From contig CAVSZB010000007.1 of NCBI GenBank assembly GCA_963732385.1, positions 1,532,957 to 1,596,956 on the forward strand: a stretch of DNA of 64,000 nt, read 5' to 3'. Below the pieces are notes generated by a model. It was not told the DNA's origin. It saw nothing but the letters and a program-made list of their open reading frames with translations, and searched no databases. Positions 50,521-62,465 of this stretch are shown here, in pieces. Each line of letters begins with the position of its first letter. The stretch's first letter is position 1. A program made the translations under genes and the position numbers. The stretch is from an uncultured bacterium (GTDB lineage Bacteria > Krumholzibacteriota > Krumholzibacteriia > LZORAL124-64-63).

Positions 50521-50765
50521 CATCGACCGCTAATTTGCAGTATCGACGAAATATTGCCTTTTGATCTTGGCGCGTTGCTACGCTTGGCAGTGAGATCTCT
50601 GCTGCAGACTAGGCACACGCCCACGATTTCTGTTGATAAGACCAAAGTCCGATTGACCCGGTCTATTCAGGCGGGCATTGTCGCCTCCGGCCTCGTCCAC
50701 GGACTCGGACACCTCGCCGCACGGATGCGAACGGCCCCCGTTTCCTCGCCCCGGGAGAGCCGCGC

Positions 50766-53081
50766 ATGCGCCGGACGGCACCAGCCGCGTCCTTGCTGCT
50801 CATTGTGTGGCTGATGGCAGGCGCCTCGCGCCACGCGGGAGCCACCCTCGAATCCCCCGCTTCATGGCGCTCCGGTGACGCGGCCGACGGCCGGACGGGC
50901 GCGTTGAGCAGCCACCGCGACCACCTGCTGAAGGATTCCCTGGTGCTCGCCAGCCTCGAAGCGCTGTTGGTTGTCTTCGCCATGACGACTCTGGTCCGGC
51001 AGCGGCAGGCCGGGAACAGACAGCGCGCCGACCATGACCGCGTTGCGGCGATCATCGATTTCTTCCCCGACGCCGTCTTCGCCGTGGACGAGCAGGGCAT
51101 GATCTCGGCCTGGAACCGGGCCATGGAGCGGTTGTCGGGCGCCGGCGCGACGACGATGCTCGGCCGGGACCGGGAAGGCACTGCGATCCTGCTCTATGGA
51201 CGGCCCCTGCCGCTGCTTCTGGACGCTTTGGCACCGGGGGCCGAACTGGCGCCCCACCACGAGAACGTGGAGCGACGGGACGGCCTGCTGTGCGCAGAAG
51301 CGTATCTGCCGAACGCTCATAACGGACGCGGCGCCTATGTCTGCATCACGGCCACCCAGTTGCGGGACGGGACCGGTCGCGTCGTCGGCGCGATCGAGAC
51401 GATCCGCGACGTGACCGAGTGGGTGCTGGCGCAGCGCGCACTCAGCCGAAGCGAGACGCGCTACCGTCTGCTGGTCGAAACCATGAACGAGGGCATCTGC
51501 CTCGAGGACGAGGCGGGGCGCGTCGCCTTCGTGAACCCGCATTTCTGCACGATGCTCGAGCAGACGCCGGCTGAGCTTCTGGGGCGGCGCGTCACGGAAC
51601 TGCTCGCTCCGGAGGATCGCCTCGTGTTCCTGCAGGCGAGCCGGGAAGACGCGTCCACCCGCCGCGCGCCATACGAACTCACCTGGCTGCGCCGGGACGG
51701 CAGCTTCCTGCCGACGCTCGTCTCGCCGGCCCGATTCCCGAACGACGGCGACGAAAGAGGCGGCAGTTTCGCCGCCGTCACAGATCTGACGCGCCTGCGC
51801 GCGGCCGAAGGCGAGCGCACCCGGGTGGAGGAGCGCTACCGCGCCGTGTTCGAGGCCGCCAACGACGCCATCTTCCTGTTCGACCAGCACACGCGACGCC
51901 TGCTGGACATGAATGCCCGCGCGCTCGAGCTTACCGGCTACTCGGTCAGCGAATTACGCGTCCTCGGGGCGATCGGGCTGAGCGCCGAGAGCCAGGCGGT
52001 CTCGCGACGGGCCGCCGCGGACCTCGTGCACCGCATGGATTCCGACGGGCCTCAGCTCCTGGAGTGGCCGCTGCGACGCAAGGACGGAAGCACGGTCTGG
52101 ACCGAGACCACGGTGAAGCCGGCCCGCGTCGGCGACCAGGATGTCTTCGTGGGCGTCGTGCGCGACATCACCGAGCGGCGACTGGCCGCCACGCGGGTGA
52201 AGCAACTCAACGAGGAACTGGAAGAGCGCGTGGCGGCACGCACGCGGGAGCTGAGCGATGCCCATCTGACCATGGAGCGCAGCCTGGCGGTCCTGCAGCA
52301 GACGCAGGCGCAACTCGTCGAATCGGAGAAGATGGCGGCCCTCGGAGGGCTGGTGGCCGGCATCGCCCACGAGATCAACACGCCGATCGGAATCGGCATC
52401 ACCGCGGCGTCGCATCTGACGGAGATCGGCCGCACGTGTGCCACGACCTACGCCGCGGGCCGGCTGACGCGCGCGGAATTCGAGCGCCATGCGGCCGCGG
52501 TCGCGGAACATGCGCAGATGATCCTGACGCATCTGGGGCGGGCGGCGGAACTGATCCAGAGCTTCCGGCAGGTGGCCGTGGACCAGTCCCACCGCGAGCG
52601 CCGGCGCTTCCTGGTGGCGAAATACCTCGACGAAATCATGACCAGCCTGAGCCCGGAACTGAAACGCACCTCCCACCAGATTCTGGTGCGCTGCCCGGCC
52701 GATCTGGAGATGGTCGCCCCCCCCGGCGTGCTCTACCAGATCGTTACGAATCTCGTGCTCAACTCGCTCGCGCATGCCTACCCGGACGGACGCGCCGGAC
52801 AGATGGCGCTGGAAGTGTCCGCCGACCGCGGCCGGCTGCGCCTCGTCTTCAGGGACGAGGGCGTGGGCATGACCGAAGAAGTTCGGCGACGCGCCTTCGA
52901 ACCGTTCTTCACGACCCGGCGGGGAAGCGGCGGTTGCGGCCTCGGGCTGCACATCGTCTACAATCTGGTGGCCCAGACCCTGGGCGGCACGATTGCTCTC
53001 GACAGCGAAGCGGGATGCGGCGTCCGCTTCGTGATCGACGTGCCGTGCGGAGGAGGCGGCAGCGATGACGAGCCAGGTTAA
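50766..53081 (+). CDS. Multi-PAS sensor histidine kinase
   Basis: Three PAS domains; [54 protein letters not shown]. Confidence 0.92.
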   Translation: MRRTAPAASLLLIVWLMAGASRHAGATLESPASWRSGDAADGRTGALSSHRDHLLKDSLVLASLEALLVVFAMTTLVRQRQAGNRQRADHDRVAAIIDFFPDAVFAVDEQGMISAWNRAMERLSGAGATTMLGRDREGTAILLYGRPLPLLLDALAPGAELAPHHENVERRDGLLCAEAYLPNAHNGRGAYVCITATQLRDGTGRVVGAIETIRDVTEWVLAQRALSRSETRYRLLVETMNEGICLEDEAGRVAFVNPHFCTMLEQTPAELLGRRVTELLAPEDRLVFLQASREDASTRRAPYELTWLRRDGSFLPTLVSPARFPNDGDERGGSFAAVTDLTRLRAAEGERTRVEERYRAVFEAANDAIFLFDQHTRRLLDMNARALELTGYSVSELRVLGAIGLSAESQAVSRRAAADLVHRMDSDGPQLLEWPLRRKDGSTVWTETTVKPARVGDQDVFVGVVRDITERRLAATRVKQLNEELEERVAARTRELSDAHLTMERSLAVLQQTQAQLVESEKMAALGGLVAGIAHEINTPIGIGITAASHLTEIGRTCATTYAAGRLTRAEFERHAAAVAEHAQMILTHLGRAAELIQSFRQVAVDQSHRERRRFLVAKYLDEIMTSLSPELKRTSHQILVRCPADLEMVAPPGVLYQIVTNLVLNSLAHAYPDGRAGQMALEVSADRGRLRLVFRDEGVGMTEEVRRRAFEPFFTTRRGSGGCGLGLHIVYNLVAQTLGGTIALDSEAGCGVRFVIDVPCGGGGSDDEPG

Positions 53082-54633
53082 GCCCGGGACGCAACCGTGC
53101 GATCTTCTGGAATTCGCGAGCGAGATCTGCCCACCGAGGGCAGCCGCGGCGCGCGACCCGTGGAAGATCCTGATCGTGGACGACGAAGAAGCCATCCACA
53201 CCGTTACCCGGCTCGTGCTGCGCGACTTCGCCTTCGCCAATCGCGGGCTTGTATTCCTGGGGGCGAACTCCGGCGCCGAGGCGCGCGCCCTGCTGCACGC
53301 ACACCCGGACACGGCCCTGATCCTGCTCGACGTCGTGATGGAGGAGGACGACTCGGGGCTGCGCCTCGTGCGCCATATCCGCGAGGAACTTCGCAATCGC
53401 TTCGTGCGGATCGTCCTGCGGACCGGCCAGCCGGGACAGGCGCCCGAGCGCGAGGTCGTCGCGAATTACGACATCAACGATTACAAGGCGAAGACCGAAC
53501 TGACGGCCCAGAAGCTCTTCACCACGGTCACGGCCGCGCTGCGCGCGTACCGGGATCTCCGGGAACTCGAGCGCGGACGCCGCGGCCTCGCGCGGATCGT
53601 CGATGCCTCGGCGGCGCTCCTGCAGGCGCCACCCCCGGCGGCGCTCGCGGCCATGGTCCTGGAGCGCTTCGCGGCGATCCTGGCCCCCGAACTGCCCGGC
53701 CTCGATGGCAACACCGCCGGCTTCGTCAGCAGCTCCGCCGACAGGTCGGGACGGCTGCTCGCAGCCCGCGGCCACTTTGCCGGCCGGACCGGCTGCTGCC
53801 TCGCCGACGTGCTGTCTCCGGGCGATCTGGCCTGGGCACGCCGGGTCGGAGCCGGGCGACAGGCGACCGCCTTCCGCGCGAGCCGGTTCGCGGGCTGCCT
53901 CCCCCTGGCCGGCGGAACCATAGGGCTGGTCTACCTCGAGGATCCGCGCGGATTCGCCGCGATCGACCGGGAGCTCATCCGCGTCTTCGTCAGCCAGCTG
54001 GCGGTGTCGCTGGAAAATCTGCGTCTCAACCGCGAGATCGTCGAGACCCAGAAGGAGGTCATCCTCACGCTCGGAGGCGTGGTCGAGACCCGCTCCAAGG
54101 AGACCGCGGGGCACGTGCTGCGCGTCGGGGAGTGCGCGGCGCTGCTGGCGCGTCAGGTCGGTCTGCCTGACGACGAGATCGAACTGCTGCGCCTGGCCTC
54201 GCCGATGCACGACATCGGCAAGGTGGGCGTGCCCGACGCGATCCTGCAGAAGCCGTCCTCCCTCGATTGCGAGGAGACGGCGATCATGCAGCAGCACACC
54301 TGGATCGGTCACGAGATCCTGCGCAAGTCGCACCGGCGGATCCTGCAGTCCGCGGCCACGGTGGCCCTGCAGCACCACGAGTGGTGGAACGGCGGGGGCT
54401 ATCCACAGGGGCTGCGCCGGACCGAAATCCACCCTTTCGGCCGGATCACCGGCATCGTGGACGTCTTCGACGCCCTCAGCCATCGCCGGATCTACAAGCC
54501 GGCGCGCAGCGCCGAGGATGTGCACGCGATCATGCTCGCGGATCGCGGCCGCCAGTTCGACCCCACGATTCTCGACGCTTTCCTGGGAGGATGGGACACC
54601 TTCCAGGCCGTCCAGGACGCCTATCCCGACTGA
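53065..54633 (+). CDS. Response regulator REC-DUF3369-HD-GYP (c-di-GMP phosphodiesterase-like)
   Basis: [65 protein letters not shown]. Confidence 0.92.
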   Translation: MTSQVKPGTQPCDLLEFASEICPPRAAAARDPWKILIVDDEEAIHTVTRLVLRDFAFANRGLVFLGANSGAEARALLHAHPDTALILLDVVMEEDDSGLRLVRHIREELRNRFVRIVLRTGQPGQAPEREVVANYDINDYKAKTELTAQKLFTTVTAALRAYRDLRELERGRRGLARIVDASAALLQAPPPAALAAMVLERFAAILAPELPGLDGNTAGFVSSSADRSGRLLAARGHFAGRTGCCLADVLSPGDLAWARRVGAGRQATAFRASRFAGCLPLAGGTIGLVYLEDPRGFAAIDRELIRVFVSQLAVSLENLRLNREIVETQKEVILTLGGVVETRSKETAGHVLRVGECAALLARQVGLPDDEIELLRLASPMHDIGKVGVPDAILQKPSSLDCEETAIMQQHTWIGHEILRKSHRRILQSAATVALQHHEWWNGGGYPQGLRRTEIHPFGRITGIVDVFDALSHRRIYKPARSAEDVHAIMLADRGRQFDPTILDAFLGGWDTFQAVQDAYPD

Positions 54634-55949
54634 GCCCGCGGGAGTGCGGACACGGTGGCGAGGTACCGGACGAGCACATTGGCCATCGCCCTGGTTCCCG
54701 TGTCGATGCACCGCTCGTCCACCGAGAAGATGGGGGCATGCGGCGCGGCGATCACGCCCCTTTGGGCATCGGAAGCCCCCAGCCAGAACATGACGCCCGG
54801 CACTTCCTCGAGGAAGAAGGCGAAGTCTTCGCTGTTGAAGGGGAACGGACGGAATGCCCGCAGGGTGGAGGGCTTCCCGATCATCTCCTCCAGGGGCGCC
54901 AGCGCCCAGAGTCCCAGTTCGGGGTCGCCGGTCATCGCCGGGATGGCCAGCCCCGGCTCGAGGTCGCAGGAGAATCCGCGCGCTTCCAGCTCCCCGATCC
55001 TGGTTTGGAGCCCAGCTCGCACGAGGCTGCGTTCGCGCTCCCGAGCGGCCCGCAGGATCCCGGTCACCACCATCTCCCCGCCGCTGCCGGTCACCTGCGC
55101 GCCGGCCATGACGAACCGGGTCAGGGTTTCGTCGTCCGGGTCGAACATCGCGCCGAGGAGGCGCCCGAATTCCTCCGGTCCCCGGGGCATGCTGACGGTA
55201 TTGGCGCCCTGGATGACGGCCGCGACCTCATCGGCGGCGGCGGAGAGGCCCTCGCCGCCCTTCATCCGCACGGTGAAGCACTCCACCCCGGCCAGCCCCG
55301 TTCCCGGCGTGGTGGCGATGGTCCCCACGTTCGTGGGCGCGACGTGGAACGCGAAGATGGCGGCGGGCTTCGGGTCGTTCAGCGCTCCGTCGGCGATCAT
55401 GCGCCGGGCGCCCTGCCCGTTCTCCTCGGACGGCTGGAAGATGAACAGCACGGTCCCCTCGAGCTGGTCGCGCAGTGACGACAGGACGCGCGCCACGCCC
55501 AGGCCCACGGTCGTGTGCACGTCGTGGCCGCACAGGTGGACCACCCCGGGCACCGTCGACCGGTACGGGACCTGCTCCGCCAGCTCGCCCGGGCAGGCGT
55601 CCATGTCCGCGCGGAAGGCCACGACAGGTGAAGCGGTCCGGCCGCGCAGGATCCCGACGACGCCGTGGCCCCCCACGCCGGTGCGGACTTCCAGGCCCCA
55701 GCCCTTCAGCCGGTCCGCCACCAACCCGGCCGTGCGCGCCTCCTGCTCCGACGGTTCGGGGTGGCTGTGGAGGTCCCTCCGGATCTCTATCATCTCGTCG
55801 ACGATCCGATCGGCCTGCTCGCGGATGAGCCGTGCGACGGGAGAGGCCGCCGAATCGACCGCGTTCCGTGCCTCCTGCGCCCGCGACGCAGGGCAGATGA
55901 CCGTTGCCAGGAACAGGGCCAGCGGGAGCGAGGTCCGTGCGCAGTTCAT
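54621..55949 (-). CDS. M20 metallo-amidohydrolase (Acy1/AmaA-like) with signal peptide
   Basis: RRDLHSHPE, FRADMDA, HLCGHDVH, FQPSEE, SEDFAFF, PHAP. Confidence 0.9.
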   Translation of the reverse strand: MNCARTSLPLALFLATVICPASRAQEARNAVDSAASPVARLIREQADRIVDEMIEIRRDLHSHPEPSEQEARTAGLVADRLKGWGLEVRTGVGGHGVVGILRGRTASPVVAFRADMDACPGELAEQVPYRSTVPGVVHLCGHDVHTTVGLGVARVLSSLRDQLEGTVLFIFQPSEENGQGARRMIADGALNDPKPAAIFAFHVAPTNVGTIATTPGTGLAGVECFTVRMKGGEGLSAAADEVAAVIQGANTVSMPRGPEEFGRLLGAMFDPDDETLTRFVMAGAQVTGSGGEMVVTGILRAARERERSLVRAGLQTRIGELEARGFSCDLEPGLAIPAMTGDPELGLWALAPLEEMIGKPSTLRAFRPFPFNSEDFAFFLEEVPGVMFWLGASDAQRGVIAAPHAPIFSVDERCIDTGTRAMANVLVRYLATVSALPRAQSG

Positions 55950-56153
55950 GTCGATTCCGTTTCAGGCCCGGGCGCCTTCCCTGATCGGAAGGCCTGGGCG
56001 ATCGGTGGAGGAGGCCAGGAGCGGCTTTCGCGCTGCATGATCTTCATGAGTACGGGTGGATGGACGGCAGGTTCCAGTCGCGGATGCGGTGCAACCAAAC
56101 AGGCGCCTCCCCGTACCTGCACGCTCCCCCCACGCCGAACGAAGGAACAACCG

Positions 56154-57713
56154 ATGCGTCTCCCTCCCCTGTCGACCGCGCTGTCGTCATTGTCGATCCT
56201 GTTCGCCGCCTCCGTCGCCGTCGCCACCGTGACGATCGAGTGGGTCGAGGTCGGCGATCCCGGGAACGCGGGCGAAATCGCGGGCGTGACGGCCGGCGGA
56301 TTCGGGGCCGACCGGATCTGCGGGGCCGTCGATCACGCGTATCGCATGGACAGGTTCGAGGTGACCAACGGGCAGTACATCGAGTTCCTGAACGCGGTCG
56401 CCGTCATCGACGACCCTCACCAGCTGTTCGAGGCCGAGGACCCCGGTGGCTTCGGGGGCATGGACGGCCCCTACGGCGGCATCCAGCGACTCGGTTCTCC
56501 CCCCGCCTACCTGTACCGGGCGAAGAACGGTGATCCCCTCTGGCTGACCAAGCCGGTGCATTTCATCGGCTGCTACGACGCCCTGCGTTTCGCCAACTGG
56601 CTTCACAACAGCCAGCCCGTCGGCCGGCAGGACGCCTCCACCACCGAGGATGGAGCGTACGACATGTCGCTCGGCGCCGGCGTCGTGCGCAAGCCCGGGG
56701 CCCGCGTGTTCCTGCCCAACGAGGACGAGTGGTACAAGGCGGCCTACTACAAGGGCGGCGGCACGAACGCGGGCTACTGGAACTATCCCACCCGGAGCGA
56801 CCTGCCGCCGGTGGGCGAGCTGCCGCCCGGACGGGCGGCGCCGCCCGGCTCGGCGAACTACGAATACAACGGCTACGAGGTCGTGGGACCTCCCTACTAT
56901 GCGGTGGACGTGGGGGCGTACACGCTGTCGGCCGGTCCGTACGGCACGCACAACCAGGCCGGCAACGTGCACGAGTGGATCGAGGATGCGGTGGATGGGG
57001 GGCGCGGACTGCACGGGGGAGGATGGCCGAGCTCGGATCCCGGCTTTGCCGCGAACCGCGCTTTCGGCTATCCGCCCGAGGGGACCATCTACCTGCACAC
57101 CGGGTTCCGGCTCGCCAGCCGCAGCGATGACGTGGGGATCGAGTCGCCCGGCGAGTCTCCCGCCCCCCGCGCCGCCTGGGTCGGGAGCAGCGTGGAGATC
57201 AGCTGGACGCGCGCGCCGTCCGCGAGCGGGGCCGCGACGTTCGCCGTCTTCCGCCTCGACGCGGGCCGCGGCGTCCGGATCCGGATCGCCGCTCCCGACA
57301 TCGTGGCCTCCGCCGACCGGTACCTGTTCCGCGACCGCACGGCGGAAGCGGCCACGACCTACACGTACGAAGTGCTCGCCGCCGAAGACGGCGTCGCGGC
57401 GCCGCTGTTCCAGGTCACGATCACCACGCCCACGCTCGCCTTCACCCTTCACCGGAACCAGCCCAACCCGTTCAACCCGCGCACGACGATCGCGTACAGC
57501 CTCCCGCAGGCGACGCACGTGACCCTCGGGCTCTACGACCAGCGAGGTCGCCTGGTCTGCACGCTGGTGGACGCGGCGGTCCCGGCCGGCGAGCAGGCGG
57601 TGGAGTGGGACGGCCGGGACGCCCGGGGCCTGCCCGCCCCCTCCGGCACCTTTGTGGTCAGGCTGGTGACAGAGCAGGGCGTCCGGACCGGCAAGGTGAC
57701 GCTCACGAAATAG
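56154..57713 (+). CDS. Secreted FGE-sulfatase/SUMF1-like protein with FlgD-Ig C-terminal domain
   Basis: VTIEWVEVGDPGN, FEVTNGQYIEFLNAV, RFANWLHN, TEDGAY, LPNEDEWYKAAYY, GNVHEW, GFRLA; C-terminal PNPFNPRT..WDGRDARG..SG. Confidence 0.85.
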   Translation: MRLPPLSTALSSLSILFAASVAVATVTIEWVEVGDPGNAGEIAGVTAGGFGADRICGAVDHAYRMDRFEVTNGQYIEFLNAVAVIDDPHQLFEAEDPGGFGGMDGPYGGIQRLGSPPAYLYRAKNGDPLWLTKPVHFIGCYDALRFANWLHNSQPVGRQDASTTEDGAYDMSLGAGVVRKPGARVFLPNEDEWYKAAYYKGGGTNAGYWNYPTRSDLPPVGELPPGRAAPPGSANYEYNGYEVVGPPYYAVDVGAYTLSAGPYGTHNQAGNVHEWIEDAVDGGRGLHGGGWPSSDPGFAANRAFGYPPEGTIYLHTGFRLASRSDDVGIESPGESPAPRAAWVGSSVEISWTRAPSASGAATFAVFRLDAGRGVRIRIAAPDIVASADRYLFRDRTAEAATTYTYEVLAAEDGVAAPLFQVTITTPTLAFTLHRNQPNPFNPRTTIAYSLPQATHVTLGLYDQRGRLVCTLVDAAVPAGEQAVEWDGRDARGLPAPSGTFVVRLVTEQGVRTGKVTLTK

Positions 57714-57960
57714 GCGGCGGCGCCCGCCCCCGTTCCTGGAATCACGCGGCAAGCCCCCCGCCCCCGCGCGCCGAATTCGCTGCGATCACGGACCGCCTGC
57801 CCGTGCTATACTCGCCCCGTCTTCTCCGATTTTACCAGGTCCGCGGTGCGGCCTCGCCGGCGGGAACCGACGACATTGCCGGACCGGTGTTTTCAATCTT
57901 TTGCCTGAACCGGGTTTCGGCAGGCTCCTCCCCGACATCCTCCCGCATGGAGAGTGCCCC

Positions 57961-60531
57961 ATGGCTCGCTTTCGCTGGAATGCATCTCGCTCGCCCGGGC
58001 TGTACCTGATCCTGCTGCTGGTCGGCAGCCTCGCGCCCGCAGCTCTCGCCGCCACCGCCGATCACCTGATCGTGAGCCAGTTCGTGGTGAAGACGCGGGT
58101 CCCGTACACGACCTTCGGCAGCCCGTTCATCGCGATCACGAACCCGACGACCACCGACATCGACATGAGCGATGTCTACCTCTCCGACGCGACCTCCACG
58201 CCGTCGGTGCTCTACATCAACATCACGCTGAGCGATCCGGCCGCCGCCAGTCCGGGCGGCGGCACCGGCGGCGACTTCCATGCCCGCTTCCCCACCGGAT
58301 ACGTCCTGCCGGCGGGGGCGACACTGGCCGTGGCGCTCAGCGGCAGTCAGCAGTACTTCGCGGCGTACGGACGGCAGCCCGACTTCGAGCTGTTCGAGGA
58401 CGGCTACCCGCCTGATGCGGTGCCGGAACTGGTGGCGGCGTTTCCCGGCTCGATCGGCGCCGGCCTCGGCGGCGGTTCCAACGTGCCGGCGCTTTCGGAC
58501 CTCACCGAAAGCATCGTCCTGTACCGGTGGGACGGCGCGGGCGCCCTGGTCCAGGACCTCGACTACGTGATGTGGGGCACCAACACCTCGGTCAGGGTCG
58601 ACAAGACCGGCCTGACCGTCCGGGGCGCCACCTATCTGAACGACCGCAGCGTCTCCACCCAGATCCCGGTGGCCGCGGCGGGGCCGACCTTCGGCCATGC
58701 GTTCCGCCGGGTCAGCGCCGACGAGGGCGCCGAAACGCTCACCGGCGGCAATGGCCTCACCGGCCACAACGAGACGAGCGAGAATCTCTCCACGATGTGG
58801 GGCGACATCACCGGCTCGACGCCGCCGCCCGCGCCCGCGTCGCTGTTCCCGTCGGCGCCGATCGTCACTGCGCTGGCGCAGGATGCGGCCGAGCCATACG
58901 CCGGTCTCGCGGTGACCCTGTCGGCGACACTGCTCTCCTACACTCCGCTGGCCGACGTGACCTTCCACTACAACGTCGACGGCGGCGCCTGGGCCGCCCT
59001 GAGCGGCGTCGACGGCGGCAGCGGCAGCTGGACGGCCACGATCCCGGGCCAGGCCGGGGGCACCGTCGTTGCCTGGTACTGCACCGCGACCAACAGCGCC
59101 GGCGGCGAAGCGACCTCCCCGGTGGCGGCGCCGCTTTACACCAGGGGCTGGACCGTGGCGGCGGCGCCGCCGGCGGCGGAGCTGCACAAGGCGCCGTACC
59201 TCGTCTTTTGCGGCGACCCGACGACGATGCAGGTGCTCTGGCAGGCTCCGACGACCCTGCCCTGCACGATCGACTGGGGCACCGACACCAGCTACTCGCT
59301 CGGCAGCGCGCAGACCGTGGAGTACGGGACGGACCACCAGCACGCCTGCACGCTGACTAATCTGACGCCGGACCGGCAGTACTTCTACCGGGTCACGTTC
59401 GACGGCTCACCTTACGCCGGTTCGTTCCGCACCGCGCCGCCGCTGCTGACGCAGCGGCTCAAGTTCCTCGCCTACGGCGACACGCGCACCGGCGTGGCCG
59501 TCCACAACACGATCGCCGGGCAGATGAACCACCTGGTGGAGGTCGATCCGGAGTTCCAGTCGCTGCTCGTCTCGGTCGGCGACCTCGTCTACAGCGGGGA
59601 CACCGAGGCCGACTGGGACAGCCAGTTCTTCTCGGCCGCGTACCCGAACATCCGCCGACTGACGGCCGACCTGCCGTACCAGGCGTGCATGGGCAACCAC
59701 GAGGGGACCGGAGTCCTGTTCACGAAGTACTTCCCGTACCCGTTCGTCGGCGCCCGCTACTGGTCGTTCGACTACGGCCCGGCACACTTCGTGATCGTGG
59801 ACCAGTACGCCAGCTACGCGCCCGGCTCGGCGCAGCTTGCCTGGATCGAGAGCGACCTGGCCGCGACGACGCAGCCGTGGCGCTTCGTGGTCCTGCACGA
59901 GCCGGGCTGGAGCGCCGGCGGCAGCCACCCCAACAACACCGCGGTCCAGCAGTACCTGCAGCCGCTGTTCGTGCAGTACGGCGTGTCGATCGTCTTCGGC
60001 GGGCACAGCCACTACTACGCCCGCGCGGTCGTCGACGGCATCCAGCACCTGACCATCGGCGGCGGCGGCGCGCCGCTGTACGCGCCGGATCCCGCCTCGC
60101 CGTTCGTCGTGGCGGCGGCCCAATCCTACCACTACAGCCGGATCACGATCGACGGTCCACACCTCGGCTTCGCCGCCGTCAACGGCGCCGCCGTGCTCGA
60201 CTCCTTCACCCTGGACCATCCGACCGGCATCGACGGGCCGGAGACGCCGGCATCGCCCGTCCTGCTCCACGCCGTCCATCCCAACCCGTTCAATCCGCTG
60301 ACCAGCATCCGCTTCGACCTGGCGCAGGGCGGGCCGGTGCGCCTGGCGGTCTACGATGTGGCGGGGCGTCTGATCCGCACGCTGATCGACGCCGAGCGGG
60401 CCGAGGGCAGCCATGAAGCGGCCTGGGACGGCCGCGATTCGACGGGCCGTGCCGTCGGGTCGGGCAGCTATTTCGCCCGGATCGAGGCCGGGGCCCACAG
60501 CGCGACCGTGCGGATGAGCCTCGTCCGCTGA
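57961..60531 (+). CDS. Secreted purple-acid-phosphatase-like metallophosphoesterase with lamin-tail-like and FN3/Ig domains and FlgD-Ig C-terminal domain
   Basis: YGDTR, VGDLV, MGNHE, VLHEP, GHSHYY; C-terminal PNPFNPLT..WDGRDSTG..GSGSYFAR. Confidence 0.88.
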   Translation: MARFRWNASRSPGLYLILLLVGSLAPAALAATADHLIVSQFVVKTRVPYTTFGSPFIAITNPTTTDIDMSDVYLSDATSTPSVLYINITLSDPAAASPGGGTGGDFHARFPTGYVLPAGATLAVALSGSQQYFAAYGRQPDFELFEDGYPPDAVPELVAAFPGSIGAGLGGGSNVPALSDLTESIVLYRWDGAGALVQDLDYVMWGTNTSVRVDKTGLTVRGATYLNDRSVSTQIPVAAAGPTFGHAFRRVSADEGAETLTGGNGLTGHNETSENLSTMWGDITGSTPPPAPASLFPSAPIVTALAQDAAEPYAGLAVTLSATLLSYTPLADVTFHYNVDGGAWAALSGVDGGSGSWTATIPGQAGGTVVAWYCTATNSAGGEATSPVAAPLYTRGWTVAAAPPAAELHKAPYLVFCGDPTTMQVLWQAPTTLPCTIDWGTDTSYSLGSAQTVEYGTDHQHACTLTNLTPDRQYFYRVTFDGSPYAGSFRTAPPLLTQRLKFLAYGDTRTGVAVHNTIAGQMNHLVEVDPEFQSLLVSVGDLVYSGDTEADWDSQFFSAAYPNIRRLTADLPYQACMGNHEGTGVLFTKYFPYPFVGARYWSFDYGPAHFVIVDQYASYAPGSAQLAWIESDLAATTQPWRFVVLHEPGWSAGGSHPNNTAVQQYLQPLFVQYGVSIVFGGHSHYYARAVVDGIQHLTIGGGGAPLYAPDPASPFVVAAAQSYHYSRITIDGPHLGFAAVNGAAVLDSFTLDHPTGIDGPETPASPVLLHAVHPNPFNPLTSIRFDLAQGGPVRLAVYDVAGRLIRTLIDAERAEGSHEAAWDGRDSTGRAVGSGSYFARIEAGAHSATVRMSLVR

Positions 60532-60559
60532 CGCACGGGGGCCCTTCGCCAGGCAGTGA

Positions 60560-60590
60560 AAGGCCCCGCAGGCGAAACCTGCGGGGCCTT
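60560..60590. terminator. Probable bidirectional intrinsic terminator between convergent genes
   Basis: 13-bp stem AAGGCCCCGCAGG/CCTGCGGGGCCTT with loop CGAAA. Confidence 0.7.
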
Positions 60591-60649
60591 CTCTGGTCAG
60601 CGAGTCGGGCGGTTCCGGTCCGACGCGTATCGGACCGCATTGCCCGGTG

Positions 60650-62056
<1,407 letters not shown>

Positions 62057-62465
62057 GTCCGGGCCCCTTCCAGTGGTTTCGTGGGCGACTTCTCGGTGGC
62101 TGCCCGAGAACCGGTGGTTGATGGCGAGGTTCCATCGACTCCTGGGTCCCACCACTCCGCAACTGGCGAGGTGGAATGAGCATAATCTGGCTTCGCGAGC
62201 GACTGCAAGAATTCTGTCAGATAACTTGAATTATTATTACAATCTGATGGTGAACATCAGCGTCAAAATCGCCAGGCCCCCATGGGCCGCGGCGGCCGTC
62301 AGTGGGGCGAAGCCACCGGCGTGGTCAACGCTGTAGCCATTTGCCCCTTTGCTGTGCCCGGCCGCGAATCTTTCCTATAGCTGATGCGGTGAAGGATCTG
62401 GTTTGATCTGACAAGCATCGAATATTTCGTTTTCACCCATTTTGCACCAGAAAGACGGGACCACC

